From Macrostomum hystrix (taxonomy: Eukaryota; Animalia; Platyhelminthes), in the NCBI GenBank assembly GCA_950097015.1, contig CATNEN010000001.1:18290001-18354000 (forward strand): a stretch of 64,000 nt of DNA. Reading direction: 5' to 3'. A program made the position numbers and the translations under genes. The notes below the pieces were generated by a model. That model was given only the letters and a program-made list of their open reading frames with translations. It was not told where the DNA came from and searched no databases. This document shows, in pieces, positions 41,101-52,698 of this stretch (the stretch's first letter is position 1; the number at the start of each line of letters is the position of its first letter).

Positions 41101-44100
41101 GGGAGGTGTACGGCAGGCTGGTGAACGCGGTGAACGAGATCGAGAAGCGGATGGAGTTCAGCCACGACGATCGCCTCGGCTTCCTGACGTTCTGCCCGAC
41201 CAACCTGGGCACCACGATCCGCGCCTCGGTGCACATCAAGCTGCCCCGACTGGCAGCCGGAGGTCAGGAGGCTCTGCAGCGCGTTGCCGATCGCTTCCAG
41301 CTGCAGGTGCGCGGCTCGGCCGGCGAGCACTCGGAGGCCGTCGGCGGGCTGTACGACATCTCGAACAAGGAGCGCATGGGCCTGACGGAGTTCGACGCAG
41401 TGAGCAAGATGAACCGCGGCATCGCCGAGCTCATCAAGATGGAGAAGGCGCTGGAGCGAGGCGTCGCTCCCGAAGTGGTCAAGTACGTCGAGGACGGCTT
41501 CGCCAAGATGCAGGCCAGCGAGTCCTGCCATTCGCTACTGAAGAAGCACCTCACCAAGGAGGTTCTTGACCGGCTGAAGAATGTCAGCACGCCAACTTTT
41601 GGTTCGACTCTGCAGGATGTCATTCAGTCCGGTGAGTCCTTAGTGCCACATTTGCTTATCTTATAGGTACTTTCTATCTGCAAGCACTACACCAGTAGTT
41701 GAGAAGATGGTAGCTGTGCCCTGGCTTTTTATTTACGAGTACACATTTCTCTGCTGTGAAATGGCAGCGCTTCATGTGTGATTTCTCTGCGTAAGTCGCT
41801 GTGAATCGTGAGCTCCTAATTTTGTGGCTCGCAGCTCGGCCCTACAAAGCCCAGACAAATATATTTCTAGTCTCTAGCACTCAAGCTCTAGTCTAGCACT
41901 AGTCCCTGTCGCGGGACAGTTAATTGACTCGCAGTGTGCCATTTTTAATAGCTATCAGCCTGCGTCACTTAGCTCAGAGGGTGTGTGCTTTCGAGTTTTT
42001 TTAAGTACCAATTTAGTTTATTTAGCTGGCCTTGTCTCGGTCGGTTCTCACCTCTCTAACTGCACGTCTGTCTGTTTCACTCTCACCTTGCTTGCCATGG
42101 CCTGTGGTCTCATTTTGCCGTTCAGCCTTCACTTTGTATGGCCACCAAATTTTTTGTCCCTGCTGTTTGAGTGTTTTTTCTGAAGCCGTTTCGAATTAAG
42201 AAGAACTGATCATCTGATTAAATGCCGTGCCTGGTTTGTCACTCATCCTGCTAATTGAAAATTTGTGACCGTGACATTATTCTTCTGGGCAGCAGTGCCA
42301 GCTTCTTTAACATTTGGACTGCTGGCTTCGCTTTGAAAAGTGCATTAATTCTTGCTGCATTGGCTTAGTTGAATTGCCTAGCTACACTGCTGACAGGTCG
42401 ATTGGGCGTCTGATACGAGGCCGCTTCACCGTCTGTCTCCCCTCTTTTCCTCTCCCCTGCCGTGTCTTCAGGGTGCGCGGAGAGAGGTTGAGACTAGTCT
42501 GCTCAACCTACACTGTGCCTGTCTGTCTCTCTACAGCCAACAGAACCCTCCCACCGCCTCGTTGCCATGCCTACCGTTGGCAGGGCGGCTGTTTCTCGGC
42601 AGTGCTAGAATGAGCTGCTTGGCGTGTTCGGTGTGAATAAAATTAGACAGAGAGCGACGAAACACCGCCTTTAATTAAGTAAGAGGATGAAATGTTTGAA
42701 TAAGTGTAAAGCCAAGCGCTAAAAGTAGTTAGTAATTGAGAGAAGCAAAATAAACAAGGCATATAATAAGATGAAGATAAACTAACGAAAGATTGTGACC
42801 AATGATACCAGCACCGGGACATGGCGTATTCGAGAGTCATTTCAAAGCGCCTTTCTAAAGTTGCTAGTGACCCTATAACGACTAAAAAACCTCTTTAGAA
42901 ATTTGTAATAGCGTCATCCGAGATGCATTTAAGTCTGTTCTTGTCATTGAAAAATCTACCACTTACAAAATGAACTCAGATGCTTCATAAAATGCTTCAG
43001 ACGCCCGTATTTTTGTATAGCGTAAATAACCGACTGACTGTGGGGTAAACAGCGGACTGACTGTGGGGTAAACAGCCGACTGTCTGTGGGGTAAACAGCC
43101 GACTGTCTGTGGGGTAAACAGCGGACTGACTGTGGGGTAAACAGCCGACTGACTGTGGGGTAAACAGCCGACTGTCTGTGGGGTAAACGGCCGACTGACT
43201 GTTCGGTAAACAAAATAGGGAAAGCTTCTTACGCATCAAAATGAGTTGTACAGAACATCCACCACTTCAGTCCACAGTGTCTTCTAGCTTTCTGTTAGCC
43301 TTATTCTTTACAAAGCTGCTGTCATGCTTTATTCATTAGCTCTGCCTTCGCTAATAGCTTTATTCACTTCCTTTTCCATTCGAGATGTCAAGTGTCTGAA
43401 CATTAGTATTCAGTATTTTTAGCACTTGCTTAAATTCTCGTTATTCTTACTAAACACTATCTATCTTACATCTACCGAATTTCTAAAGTCTTTTTGTCTT
43501 ATTCTACGACTACCCGTATTCAGCACTTCATTATAAAACATTTTTTGCTGGAAATGCTCCAGTTAATATAAATTTCGTATACTCCAATGGCGTACATGAT
43601 GGTTCGAACACAGTCTACTCTCACTGACTTTAGAAGTACACTAGAATGAAACCCTCCCGCCACTCGCCCGCAGGCGTGGAGAACCTGGACAGCGGCGTGG
43701 GAGTGTACGCGCCGGACGCTGAGGCGTACACGGTGTTCGCGGACCTGTTCGACCCGATCATCGAGGAGTACCACGGCGGCTTCAAGAAGACGGACAAGCA
43801 CCCACCGTGCACGCTGGGAGACGCGAGCCAGTTCGGTGACGTGGATCCCGAGGGCAAGTACGTGGTGTCGACTCGCATCCGGTGCGGCAGGTCGCTGCGC
43901 AAGTTCCCCTTCAACCCGAACATGACCGAGGCGCACTACAAGGAGATGGAGGAGCTGGTGTCGGGCACGCTGAAGGGCATGACGGGCGAGCTGAAGGGCA
44001 CATACTACCCGCTGACCGGCATGACGAAGGAGGTGCAGCAGCAGCTGATTGACGACCACTTTCTGTTCAAGGAGGGCGACCGGTTCCTGCAGAAGGCGAA

Positions 44101-44587
44101 CGCGTGCCGCTTCTGGCCGACCGGACGAGGCATCTACCACAACGACAACAAGACGTTCCTGGTGTGGGTGGGCGAGGAGGACCACATGCGCATCATCTCG
44201 ATGCAGAAGGGCGGCAGCATCCGGGAGGTGTACGGCAGGCTGGTGAACGCGGTGAACGAGATCGAGAAGCGGATGGAGTTCAGCCACGACGATCGCCTCG
44301 GCTTCCTGACGTTCTGCCCGACCAACCTGGGCACCACGATCCGCGCCTCGGTGCACATCAAGCTGCCCCGACTGGCAGCCGGAGGTCAGGAGGCTCTGCA
44401 GCGCGTTGCCGATCGCTTCCAGCTGCAGGTGCGCGGCTCGGCCGGCGAGCACTCGGAGGCCGTCGGCGGGCTGTACGACATCTCGAACAAGGAGCGCATG
44501 GGCCTGACGGAGTTCGACGCAGTGAGCAAGATGAACCGCGGCATCGCCGAGCTCATCAAGATGGAGAAGGCGCTGGAGGCCAAGTGA
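38141..44587 (+). CDS. Three-domain (contiguous trimer) arginine kinase, ~1093 aa; exons 38141-38348, 38441-39520, 40552-41631, 43674-44587
   Basis: Each domain has SLLK, QSG|[24 protein letters not shown] and CPTNLGT. All three introns are phase 1 at the same homologous position. The only in-frame stop after splicing is at 44585-44587. Confidence 0.9.
43030..43212. repeat. 23-bp minisatellite in arginine kinase intron 3
   Basis: Unit CGACTGACTGTGGGGTAAACAGC. Confidence 0.9.
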
Positions 44588-45467
44588 GGTTGCTGGTCGA
44601 GTCAGCCGGAGCTCGCAGAGCAGGCAAATACAACGGCCTGCAGAGTTCCATTTGCCGCGGACTGTCCCTGACCTCCAGTTTTAACTGCCTGATGGCTGCC
44701 TATCAAGCCGTCTGTTAGAATTCACCTGGGCTGTCCCACGCGTGCGGTGTCGGGTGTTCGTCCCCCTCTTTGCAACACCTTCGTTTCTCGGCGTCATCAT
44801 GCAGATTGATTCCAGCTACTAAAATCTTCTGAATTTCCACTTCTGAGTGGTTTCTGTTCCTTTATTAGTTTATTAGGTTCGAGATTCAGTTTCCAGAACT
44901 CAATTGCAATAGTCTGACAGGTTTATAATAGGTAGTTAGTTACATTATTTGTAGGAATCGTTCTTTTCCGTACAACTGCTCGTAGCTCTTTTCGTTAACC
45001 TACTCATGTAGCACCTGTCCTTTGAAGTCTTCTCTTTCACTTCTAAGTTAAGCAGTCGACATTTTCTATTTTATGGCGAGAAATTTTAGCAAACGCACAT
45101 AATGAAATTGATTTATCTCTACGACAGTGTACTATTTGTACTTTGTACTTTGTACGAATCGTCTACTTTCTATCCTTAGGAATTGTTTCAAGAATTAAAA
45201 GTATAGGTTTATAGTTGCATATTGCAAATATTTGTCTTTACTTAAAATATTTAATTTCATATTCGGACTGTTTTACTAATTAAATATCGCAATTGAGAAC
45301 ACGTAAAAGTCTCATTTAACATAAAAAGGGAAAATAAATTTATTTTACTACTAAAACGTAAAGTAATCTTCCCTACAGATAATTCTACCAAAAATACGAA
45401 TCCCTCATATTGTTTTTGTATTTAATCTGAACACAGGCAATTCTGTCTCTTTCCTGAAACCTTTTAA

Positions 45468-46011
45468 CATCCCGATTGGCTGCAATCTCCATCCCGAATC
45501 CATTCCCCATCCTGATTGGCTGAGATCTCCATCCTGAACCTATTCCCCATTCTGATTGGCTGAGATCTCCGTCCTTTACCCATTCTCGTCCTGATTGGCT
45601 GAGGTCTCTATCCTGAATCCATTACCCATCCTGATTGGCGAGATCTCCATCCTGAATCCATTACCCATCCTGATTGGCGAGATCTCTATCCTGAATCCAT
45701 TACCCATCCTGATTGGCGAGATCTCTTTCCTGAATCCATTCCCTATCCTGATTGGCTGAGATCTCTATCCTGAACCCATTAACCATCCTGATTGGCTGAG
45801 ATCTCTATCCTGAACCCATTCCCCATCCTGATTGGCCGCTATCTTCATCCAGAATCCATTCCTCATCCTGATTGGCTGATACTCGTATCTTCATCCTAAA
45901 TCCATTCCCCATCCTGATTGGCTGAGATCTCCATCCTAAATCCATTCCCCATCCTGATTGGCTGAGATCTCCATCCTGAACCCATTACCCATCCTGATAG
46001 GCTGAGATCTC
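45468..46011. repeat. ~40-bp minisatellite
   Basis: Unit CATCCTGATTGGCTGAGATCTCCATCCTGAATCCATTCCC. Confidence 0.9.
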
Positions 46012-46696
46012 ACTCTTATTAGTGTATTAATATTTTCGAATTAAAAATGTTCAGTAACAGAATTAGTGGACACAGAAGGGCAATAAAACCGAGAGCGAAG
46101 CAATACTGGGATTACGAATTTGTGAATAAAATAATTAAATAATGAATAGGAACTAAACAAAGAGAACCCACATTGCAGCACTAATGATGGGTGCGCGGGT
46201 GAAATACAGTTAATGGCAGAGGATTGTTATGCCCCACGCGCAAGCAAATAAGTTATACGCATGAAAGCCTAGCAATAAAAAAATTAAATGACGCTATTTT
46301 TTAGGTTTTCACTTAGCAAATAAATTTCCTCGCTTATAATAACAAGGGATTAAACTGATAAGTGTATGAAGTTCAAGTATACGTAATTTCTACTCCTAGT
46401 AGAAAATTTAACTTTAAAAAAGCATTGAATTTTTTCCTCGGTTATAAAGTTATTAAGTTTTTCTTTATAACAAAGCTTATCAACTCTCCTCATCTTCCGG
46501 AGAGAAAAGTCACACTAAAGGTCCATGTCTTTTCATGCAAGCAAGCCTGAGACAAGCAATTAAAAAACCATTTTCTTAATCAAATCACAAATATTACAAA
46601 TGTAATTCAGCTTCGCTTCAGTCCGAGTCCTCCGCAGCTCTGTTCACCTGCCTTCCGCTTGATTCCCCGCTGGAGCTTCGGGATGAAAGTCCCGTT

Positions 46697-49600
46697 TCAA
46701 TGACAGCTAGCACATACCTGTTCAGTCAGCGGCATTGTCAGCGATCTCTTAAACCGCTGCAGCCTTGCGCGGATCCAGTCTTCTCTCTGCTGCGCCACCG
46801 TTTCCATGGAAACATTATTGCGCCCAATTCGAATCAGCTTCTCTCTGACCCAGCGGATCTTCTCAAAGTCCTGCGTCTCCATGGCGACGCGTTTCTCGTC
46901 TCTGAGCATCTCCATCTGCCGCAAGCTGAACTCCACGTGCTCAACTTGGTCGCTGTAGTGAGCCAGAGTGAGCAGCTCCTCCAAGTCCGGGTCCTCTTGC
47001 AGCTTTGAGAGCCACGCATCGAAGTCGATTGTGGTGAGATCGTGGAGCAGTTCAGCTTGGAGACTCCAGCTCAGGCAGCGGAAGTTCACGTACAGGTGGG
47101 AGGAGCGAGGCTGTGACAGTCTGGCTGTGAGCAGAGTCTGCGTGAACTCGGGAAGGAATGGGAATCGAGGCGGAGTGTCTGCGGGGAGGCAGAACCTCCA
47201 CGCCCAGTCCGAGTCTTGAGGCACTCTGATATCCGACTGCACTATTTGAGTGTCACACGGCCCCCATCCGTTTTGAAGGGTGTGACTTTGCAGCTCCATC
47301 AGGAGTCTCTCAGCCTCCTCGGAGTCTCCGAACTTCCGATGCGCCATGGCAGTCATGCTCAGGGCAGCGCACTTGCACCACCGCAGATGATCCAGCAGAC
47401 TGAGTTGCCTCATCAGCGTGTCTCTGTCACATGACCCTGACTGCAGCTCGGCCATGCACTGCCGCACCACGCTGAACACATCAACAAACTGTCTTATCTT
47501 CTCTTTCCGAATTTCCGAGACGTCAGGAAGCGTTTTCAGGGGGAGCAGAGTGAACGGATGAAAGTAGAAGTTCTCTGACTGCAGAGGCCTCACGAGTCTC
47601 CTCATCTGCTCAACCACTCTGCCGATATCCAGCTCTCTCAGTCGGTCTCGAACCCTCACCTTCGTGTTGTCGAAGTCGCCCCCTACTCCAGCGTTCTTGA
47701 AGTAGAGCGGAGCGTCGGACATGAAGAAGTGCGGCATGCACTCATCGGGTGAGCTGCTTGAGTCGATGAAGCTCAGCATCTTGTTGAGAGACTCCTTCAG
47801 TAGTGAGATCAGATTCCGAGGCTGCCAAGCTGTTTTATCTGTTCTGCGATGCTTCTCTAGCATGAAGAAAAGCAGAGTCTTTGCATGGTAAGTCTTGAGT
47901 CCAGGTGTGTCCAAAGAGAATGGCAAGTATCTCTTGAAAATGAACTTGATGAGCGTGAAGAGCTGACCTTGTACAGTGTTCAGCTGGCTCATTGTACTTT
48001 TCTCGTGGAAACTGAAGCTCACTCTGAGCTCGTTTGTCGAGTTCGGTCTGGTTGCCCTCACGAGATGCACAGGGTCAAGGTCATCGTCTTCTCTTCGTCT
48101 TATGAGTGACTTGATCCTCTCATCACACAATGAGCTGCAGCACCGGAGGGCATGGCAGGTGTCCTGAGCAGGTCGCACACCGCATGTGTCAGCTCTCACA
48201 GCAGGTTGGTTTCCTATGGAAAGATTGTGGCCTGAGTCATTCAAATCGATAGATCGAAGATTGATTCATAAAATAGTGAATGTGGAGTTTATGCTGAACT
48301 GAAGCTTAGTTCAAAATGCAGAAGTGATCATTCTCTCTTGAAATTAATGTCTAGGAAGCGCCAACATGGACGCGCTCTCACCCAATCCAACGGCCACCTG
48401 AGCATGGCCTTCCGTGACCAATAGCTTTGCCGTGACACCGTGACACTTGCAGCCGTCCTGCAGATGAAACTCGTTGCCTTCAACCAGCACAGTCCAGTCG
48501 ATGTCGGAGTCTGTCGCTGTCCTGCCGTTCACTTGCACCAGACTGTTGGCCCAGCCCTCTGCGTAGCTGCCTGTCATCCACCTGTCATCGTGGGCGAGGA
48601 CTCCAGCAACTTCCTCCAGCCATTCGGCCATTCTCTGCTGGCACTCCACTCTCTCTCTCGTGAATCCCGCCTCGTTGAGTAGTGCGTGCAGTTCCTCACT
48701 GAGCAGACCGTCTTCTGGTGTGACATTTCTGAGGAGCGCGATTGGGTGGGATAACTGGTCTACTCACAGATGGAAGTCTGGGAGCATTCTTCGGCCTACA
48801 CAGACCTGCAATCTGTCGTTATCGAGAATGTTAAACTGCGCTTCGGTCAATCAGAGTTTATGGTGCTCAAGGAACTTTTTGATTACCTAATAAAAACCGC
48901 AGGTATACGACAACTGGTACATAAAGTTAGCTGTGTAAAATAATACATACGAAATGAGTCGCGAATTATCGAGTCGAGAAACCTGCTGTTGTGACCCTGA
49001 GGTGCCAGAATTTCTGAAAAGAACGACAGGATTGTCTTTTAAGTGCACCGAGACACACACAAGAATACACATATTCTACGAATTTTGTATATTGCGAGTT
49101 AGCATCGCTACTATGCATTAAATTATGAGTTCTACTCGTAATTGCAGCATGTCTTGTGTTTTTTGTGTTTATTACCTAACAAAAATGTGAGAACGGGTAT
49201 CCAAAAAGTATTATACTCCCTACTGCTCACTCACCTGACAGTCTGGGGCTTCAGCAGACGCAGCAGCTCCGTGTGTCCCAGCTGCTCCGCCACCCGCGCA
49301 CACGTCAGACCCCGACAGTCCCGATGACTCGCATCCGCTTTTCTGTCCATCAGAGTCTGAGCTGCTCGCACGTGACCCGCTTCACAAGCTCGCAACAGAG
49401 CTGTCCGACCCTGACTGTCTTCAGCTTGCACTGACGCCCCGAGATCCACCAGTTTCTTAATGAGATCGTGATGACCTGCATCAGCTGCCAGCATGAGAGC
49501 AGTGGCTCCTGTGTCGTCTGGCAAATCGACATGCTCTCTTTTGAATCGTTCGTCAAGTAGTGTCAGAGTCAGTGCGACATCGCCAAGCGAGATGGTGATA

Positions 49601-52005
49601 CGAAGCAGCTGTATGATCTGACGTGGCTGCATTTTAGAGAGAGTCTGCTTGAGAACGGAATTCCTGCCCTCCATCGCCCTCGAGGCGGTGAAGCTGAGGA
49701 CTTGGCTGGATTGGAAGAGCCAGTCAGGCTCCACACCGACATATTCAACGCAATCGTCTTGAAAACGTGAGCAAGCTGCGATCGCACATTCAAAACGGCA
49801 GTTCCAAATGTGTTCGTCAGGTATCGACTGTAAAAAAACTTTCAAAACTTCGCTCTTACCTTCGAGTGCCGCCAGCTTCGATAGTTCCAAGCAGCAAACA
49901 GTTCTTAAACTTGAATCTGTTAAACGATCTAAAAAGGACTTCGAATTCTCCCACTGACTTTGCCCTCCAGCCTCGCGTGCCATCTCAAAGCAGCACCGAT
50001 TTCTGATGGATTTGTCTAAGATTTTATCCACCAGAAATTGTGCCACCTCAAACTGACCTCTGTCTGCTGCTCCTTTGCCTGCTTGGGCCCAGAACCGATC
50101 TCTCAAGGTCGGATCAGTGATTTTCTCTGCTAGAAGCTGTACCACTCGTCCCAAATGACCACTGACTGCTGCCTCTGTACCAGCTTGAACGCAGAACCGA
50201 TCTCTCTCTGTCTGATCAGTGATGTTTTCTGCTAGAAGCCACACCACTTCAAACTGACCACTGACTGCTGCCTCTGTACCAGCTTGAACGCAGAACCGAT
50301 GTTTCTCGGTCTGATCAGTGATTTTCTCTGCTAGAAACTGTACCACTTCAAACTGACCTCTGACTGCTGCCGCCGTGCCTGCTTGAACGCAGAACCGATG
50401 TTTCTCGGTCTGATCAGTGATTTTCTCTGCTAGAAACTGTACCACTCCCAACTGACCACTGACTGCTGCCTCTGTACCAGCTTGAACGCAGAACCGATCT
50501 CTCTCTGTCTGATCAGTGATTTTTCCTGCTAGAAGCCGTACCACTTCAAACTGACCACTGACTGCTGCCTCTGTACCAGCTTGAACGCAGAACCGATGTT
50601 TCTCGGTCTGATCAGTGATTTTCTCTGCTAGAAACTGTACCACTCCCAACTGACCACTGACTGCTGCCTCTGTACCAGCTTGAACGCAGAACCGATCTCT
50701 CTCTGTCTGATCAGTGATTTTTTCTGCTAGAAACTGTACCACTCCCAACTGACCACTGACTGCTGCCTCTGTACCAGCTTGAACGCAGAACCGATGTTTA
50801 TCTGTCTGATCAGTGATTTTTCCTGCTAGAAGCCGTACCACTTCAAACTGACCACTGACTGCTGCCTCTGTACCAGCTTGAACGCAGAACCGATGTTTCT
50901 CGGTCTGATCAGTGATTTTCTCTGCTAGAAACTGTACCACTCCCAACTGACCACTGACTGCTGCCTCTGTACCAGCTTGAACGCAGAACCGATGTTTCTT
51001 GGTCTGATCAGTGATTTTTCCTGCTAGAAGCCACACCACTTCAAACTGACCTCTGACTGCTGCCATTCTACCAGCTTGAACGCAGAACCGATCGCTCTCG
51101 GTCTGATCAGTGATTTTCTCTGCTAGAAATTGAACCACTTCCAACTGACCTCTGACTGCTGCCGCCGTGCCTGCTTGAACGCAGAACCGATCGCTCTCGG
51201 TCTGATCAGTGATTTTCTCTGCTAGAAATTGAACCACTTCCAACTGACCTCTGACTGCTGCCGCCGTGCCTGCTTGAACGCAGAACCGATCGCTCTCGGT
51301 CTGATCAGTGATTTTCTCTGCTAGAAATTGAACCACTTCCAACTGACCTCTGACTGCTGCCGCCGTGCCTGCTTGAACGCAGAACCGATCGCTCTCGGTC
51401 TGATCAGTGATTTTCTCTGCTAGAAATTGAACCACTCCCAACTGACCGCTGACTGCTGCCTCTGTACCAGCTTGAACAAAGAGCTCGTCTCTTTCGGTCT
51501 GATTACTCATTGTCTGTGTTAAAAAATTCGCCACTTCCAATTGACCACTGCTTTTTGCAACTTCAACGACTTGAATGCAGAACTGACCCCAGTAAGTCAT
51601 GTCATAGCAAACCAAAGCCAGAAATTTCACCGCATCTAAAAGACCATCAACGGCCGCTTTTTTGCCTGCTTCGATGAAGAACTGATTTATTTCAGACTGA
51701 CGAATAATTGTCTGTTTGAAAAGGATCACTATTTCACAATTTCTCTCAGCTACAGCTAAATCAAAAGTCTTCAAGCAGCACTGATCCTTCACAGTTTGGT
51801 CAGCGACTGACTGCACCAGAAACTTCACAGTTTCCCAATTCTTCTCCGATGCAGCTATCTCGACGACCTTCAAGCAGAGCTGATCTCGCACTTCTGGATC
51901 AACGACTGACGTCACCAGAAACTTTACAGTTCCCCAACTATTCTCCGATGCTGCTTTTTCGATTGCCATAAAATGCCGCTCATACTTTTTATCAAATGTC
52001 GCCAT
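46697..52005 (-). CDS. Ankyrin-repeat-fused cGAS-like receptor (Mab-21-family nucleotidyltransferase), ~1550-1570 aa; exons 52005-49235, [49013-48983, 48805-48768 optional], 48728-48382, 48213-46697
   Basis: NTase motif TGSYAEG...DSDIDW plus a candidate third Asp in QDTCHAL. Mab-21 motifs LRVSFSFHE, LKTYHAKTLLFFMLE, W...L, MPHFF. Ankyrin repeats upstream. Splice phases join all ORFs in frame. Confidence 0.85.
50090..51480 (-). repeat. Coding 99-bp (33-aa) ankyrin-like tandem array, ~14 near-identical units
   Basis: Consensus RFCVQAGTEAAVSGQLGVVQFLAEKITDQTEKH; 99-bp nucleotide period (e.g. 51181 vs 51280). Confidence 0.95.
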
Positions 52006-52530
52006 TGAAAATACTTCTTCGCTTTTTTTATCAAAGCTTGTCTATGATATGCGACACTATCATGAATACCACTGACAAACTCAATAATCATTTTGGTAGC
52101 TCATGGCGCTTTGCTGATCTTTTGCTTTCTGAGCTTTACTCAAGTTTAGGTCGTCGTTTCGTATCGTCCTGAGAGACCTGAAATCGCACCAATTTTCAAA
52201 TTTGTTAGGTGAAGCGCTCGATGCTCTTTAGAGACTGTTTAAATGCGACTATTGTTTTAAGCCATACTCGTTCACTGTTGGTACAATAAACGATGGCGAA
52301 GCCAGAAAATGTAATTGGGGAACAAAAGGCTCCACCTTGGCAGCACGTAGACCGCATAATTCCTTGAGCTAATTCACAACTAGAGTTGTCGCTGTTTTCG
52401 CAGAAACTATATTTGGAAATGCCAAGCCAAACAGAGTCAATCCATTTTTTTAAAGACGACAGATGGGGCCGCTAACTTTCTTCAAACTGAGGGGTGACAA
52501 AAATCACACAGGAATGCATAGTTTTAGCAT

Positions 52531-52698
52531 CATGGCAGCCAGGATTTTTGTCGAGGGGTGGCGCACTTTTTGGGGGGAGCGCTAATACTGGGGGGCACCA
52601 CTACCACATGGGGGCGCCACTATAGTCGCACTATGGGGCGCCACAGAGTTTCGTCCGCCGATTAGGGGGCCGCTCCTTGCCCCCTGGCTACGCCCCTG
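52531..52698. mobile_element. Degenerate G-rich MITE remnant
   Basis: GCAGCCAGGATTTTT at the left and CCCCTGGCTACGCCCCTG at the right, which are partial inverted termini typical of small DNA transposons. No clean TSD. Confidence 0.4.

Noticed and set aside
38218-44452. Long antisense ORFs (400, 346, 310 aa) over the kinase exons
   Set aside because: Shadow ORFs caused by GC3-biased codon usage on the sense strand.
38356-44587. Three separate tandem arginine kinase genes
   Set aside because: Copies 2 and 3 have no N-terminal lobe or start of their own. It is supplied by the end of the preceding exon via phase-matched splice sites.
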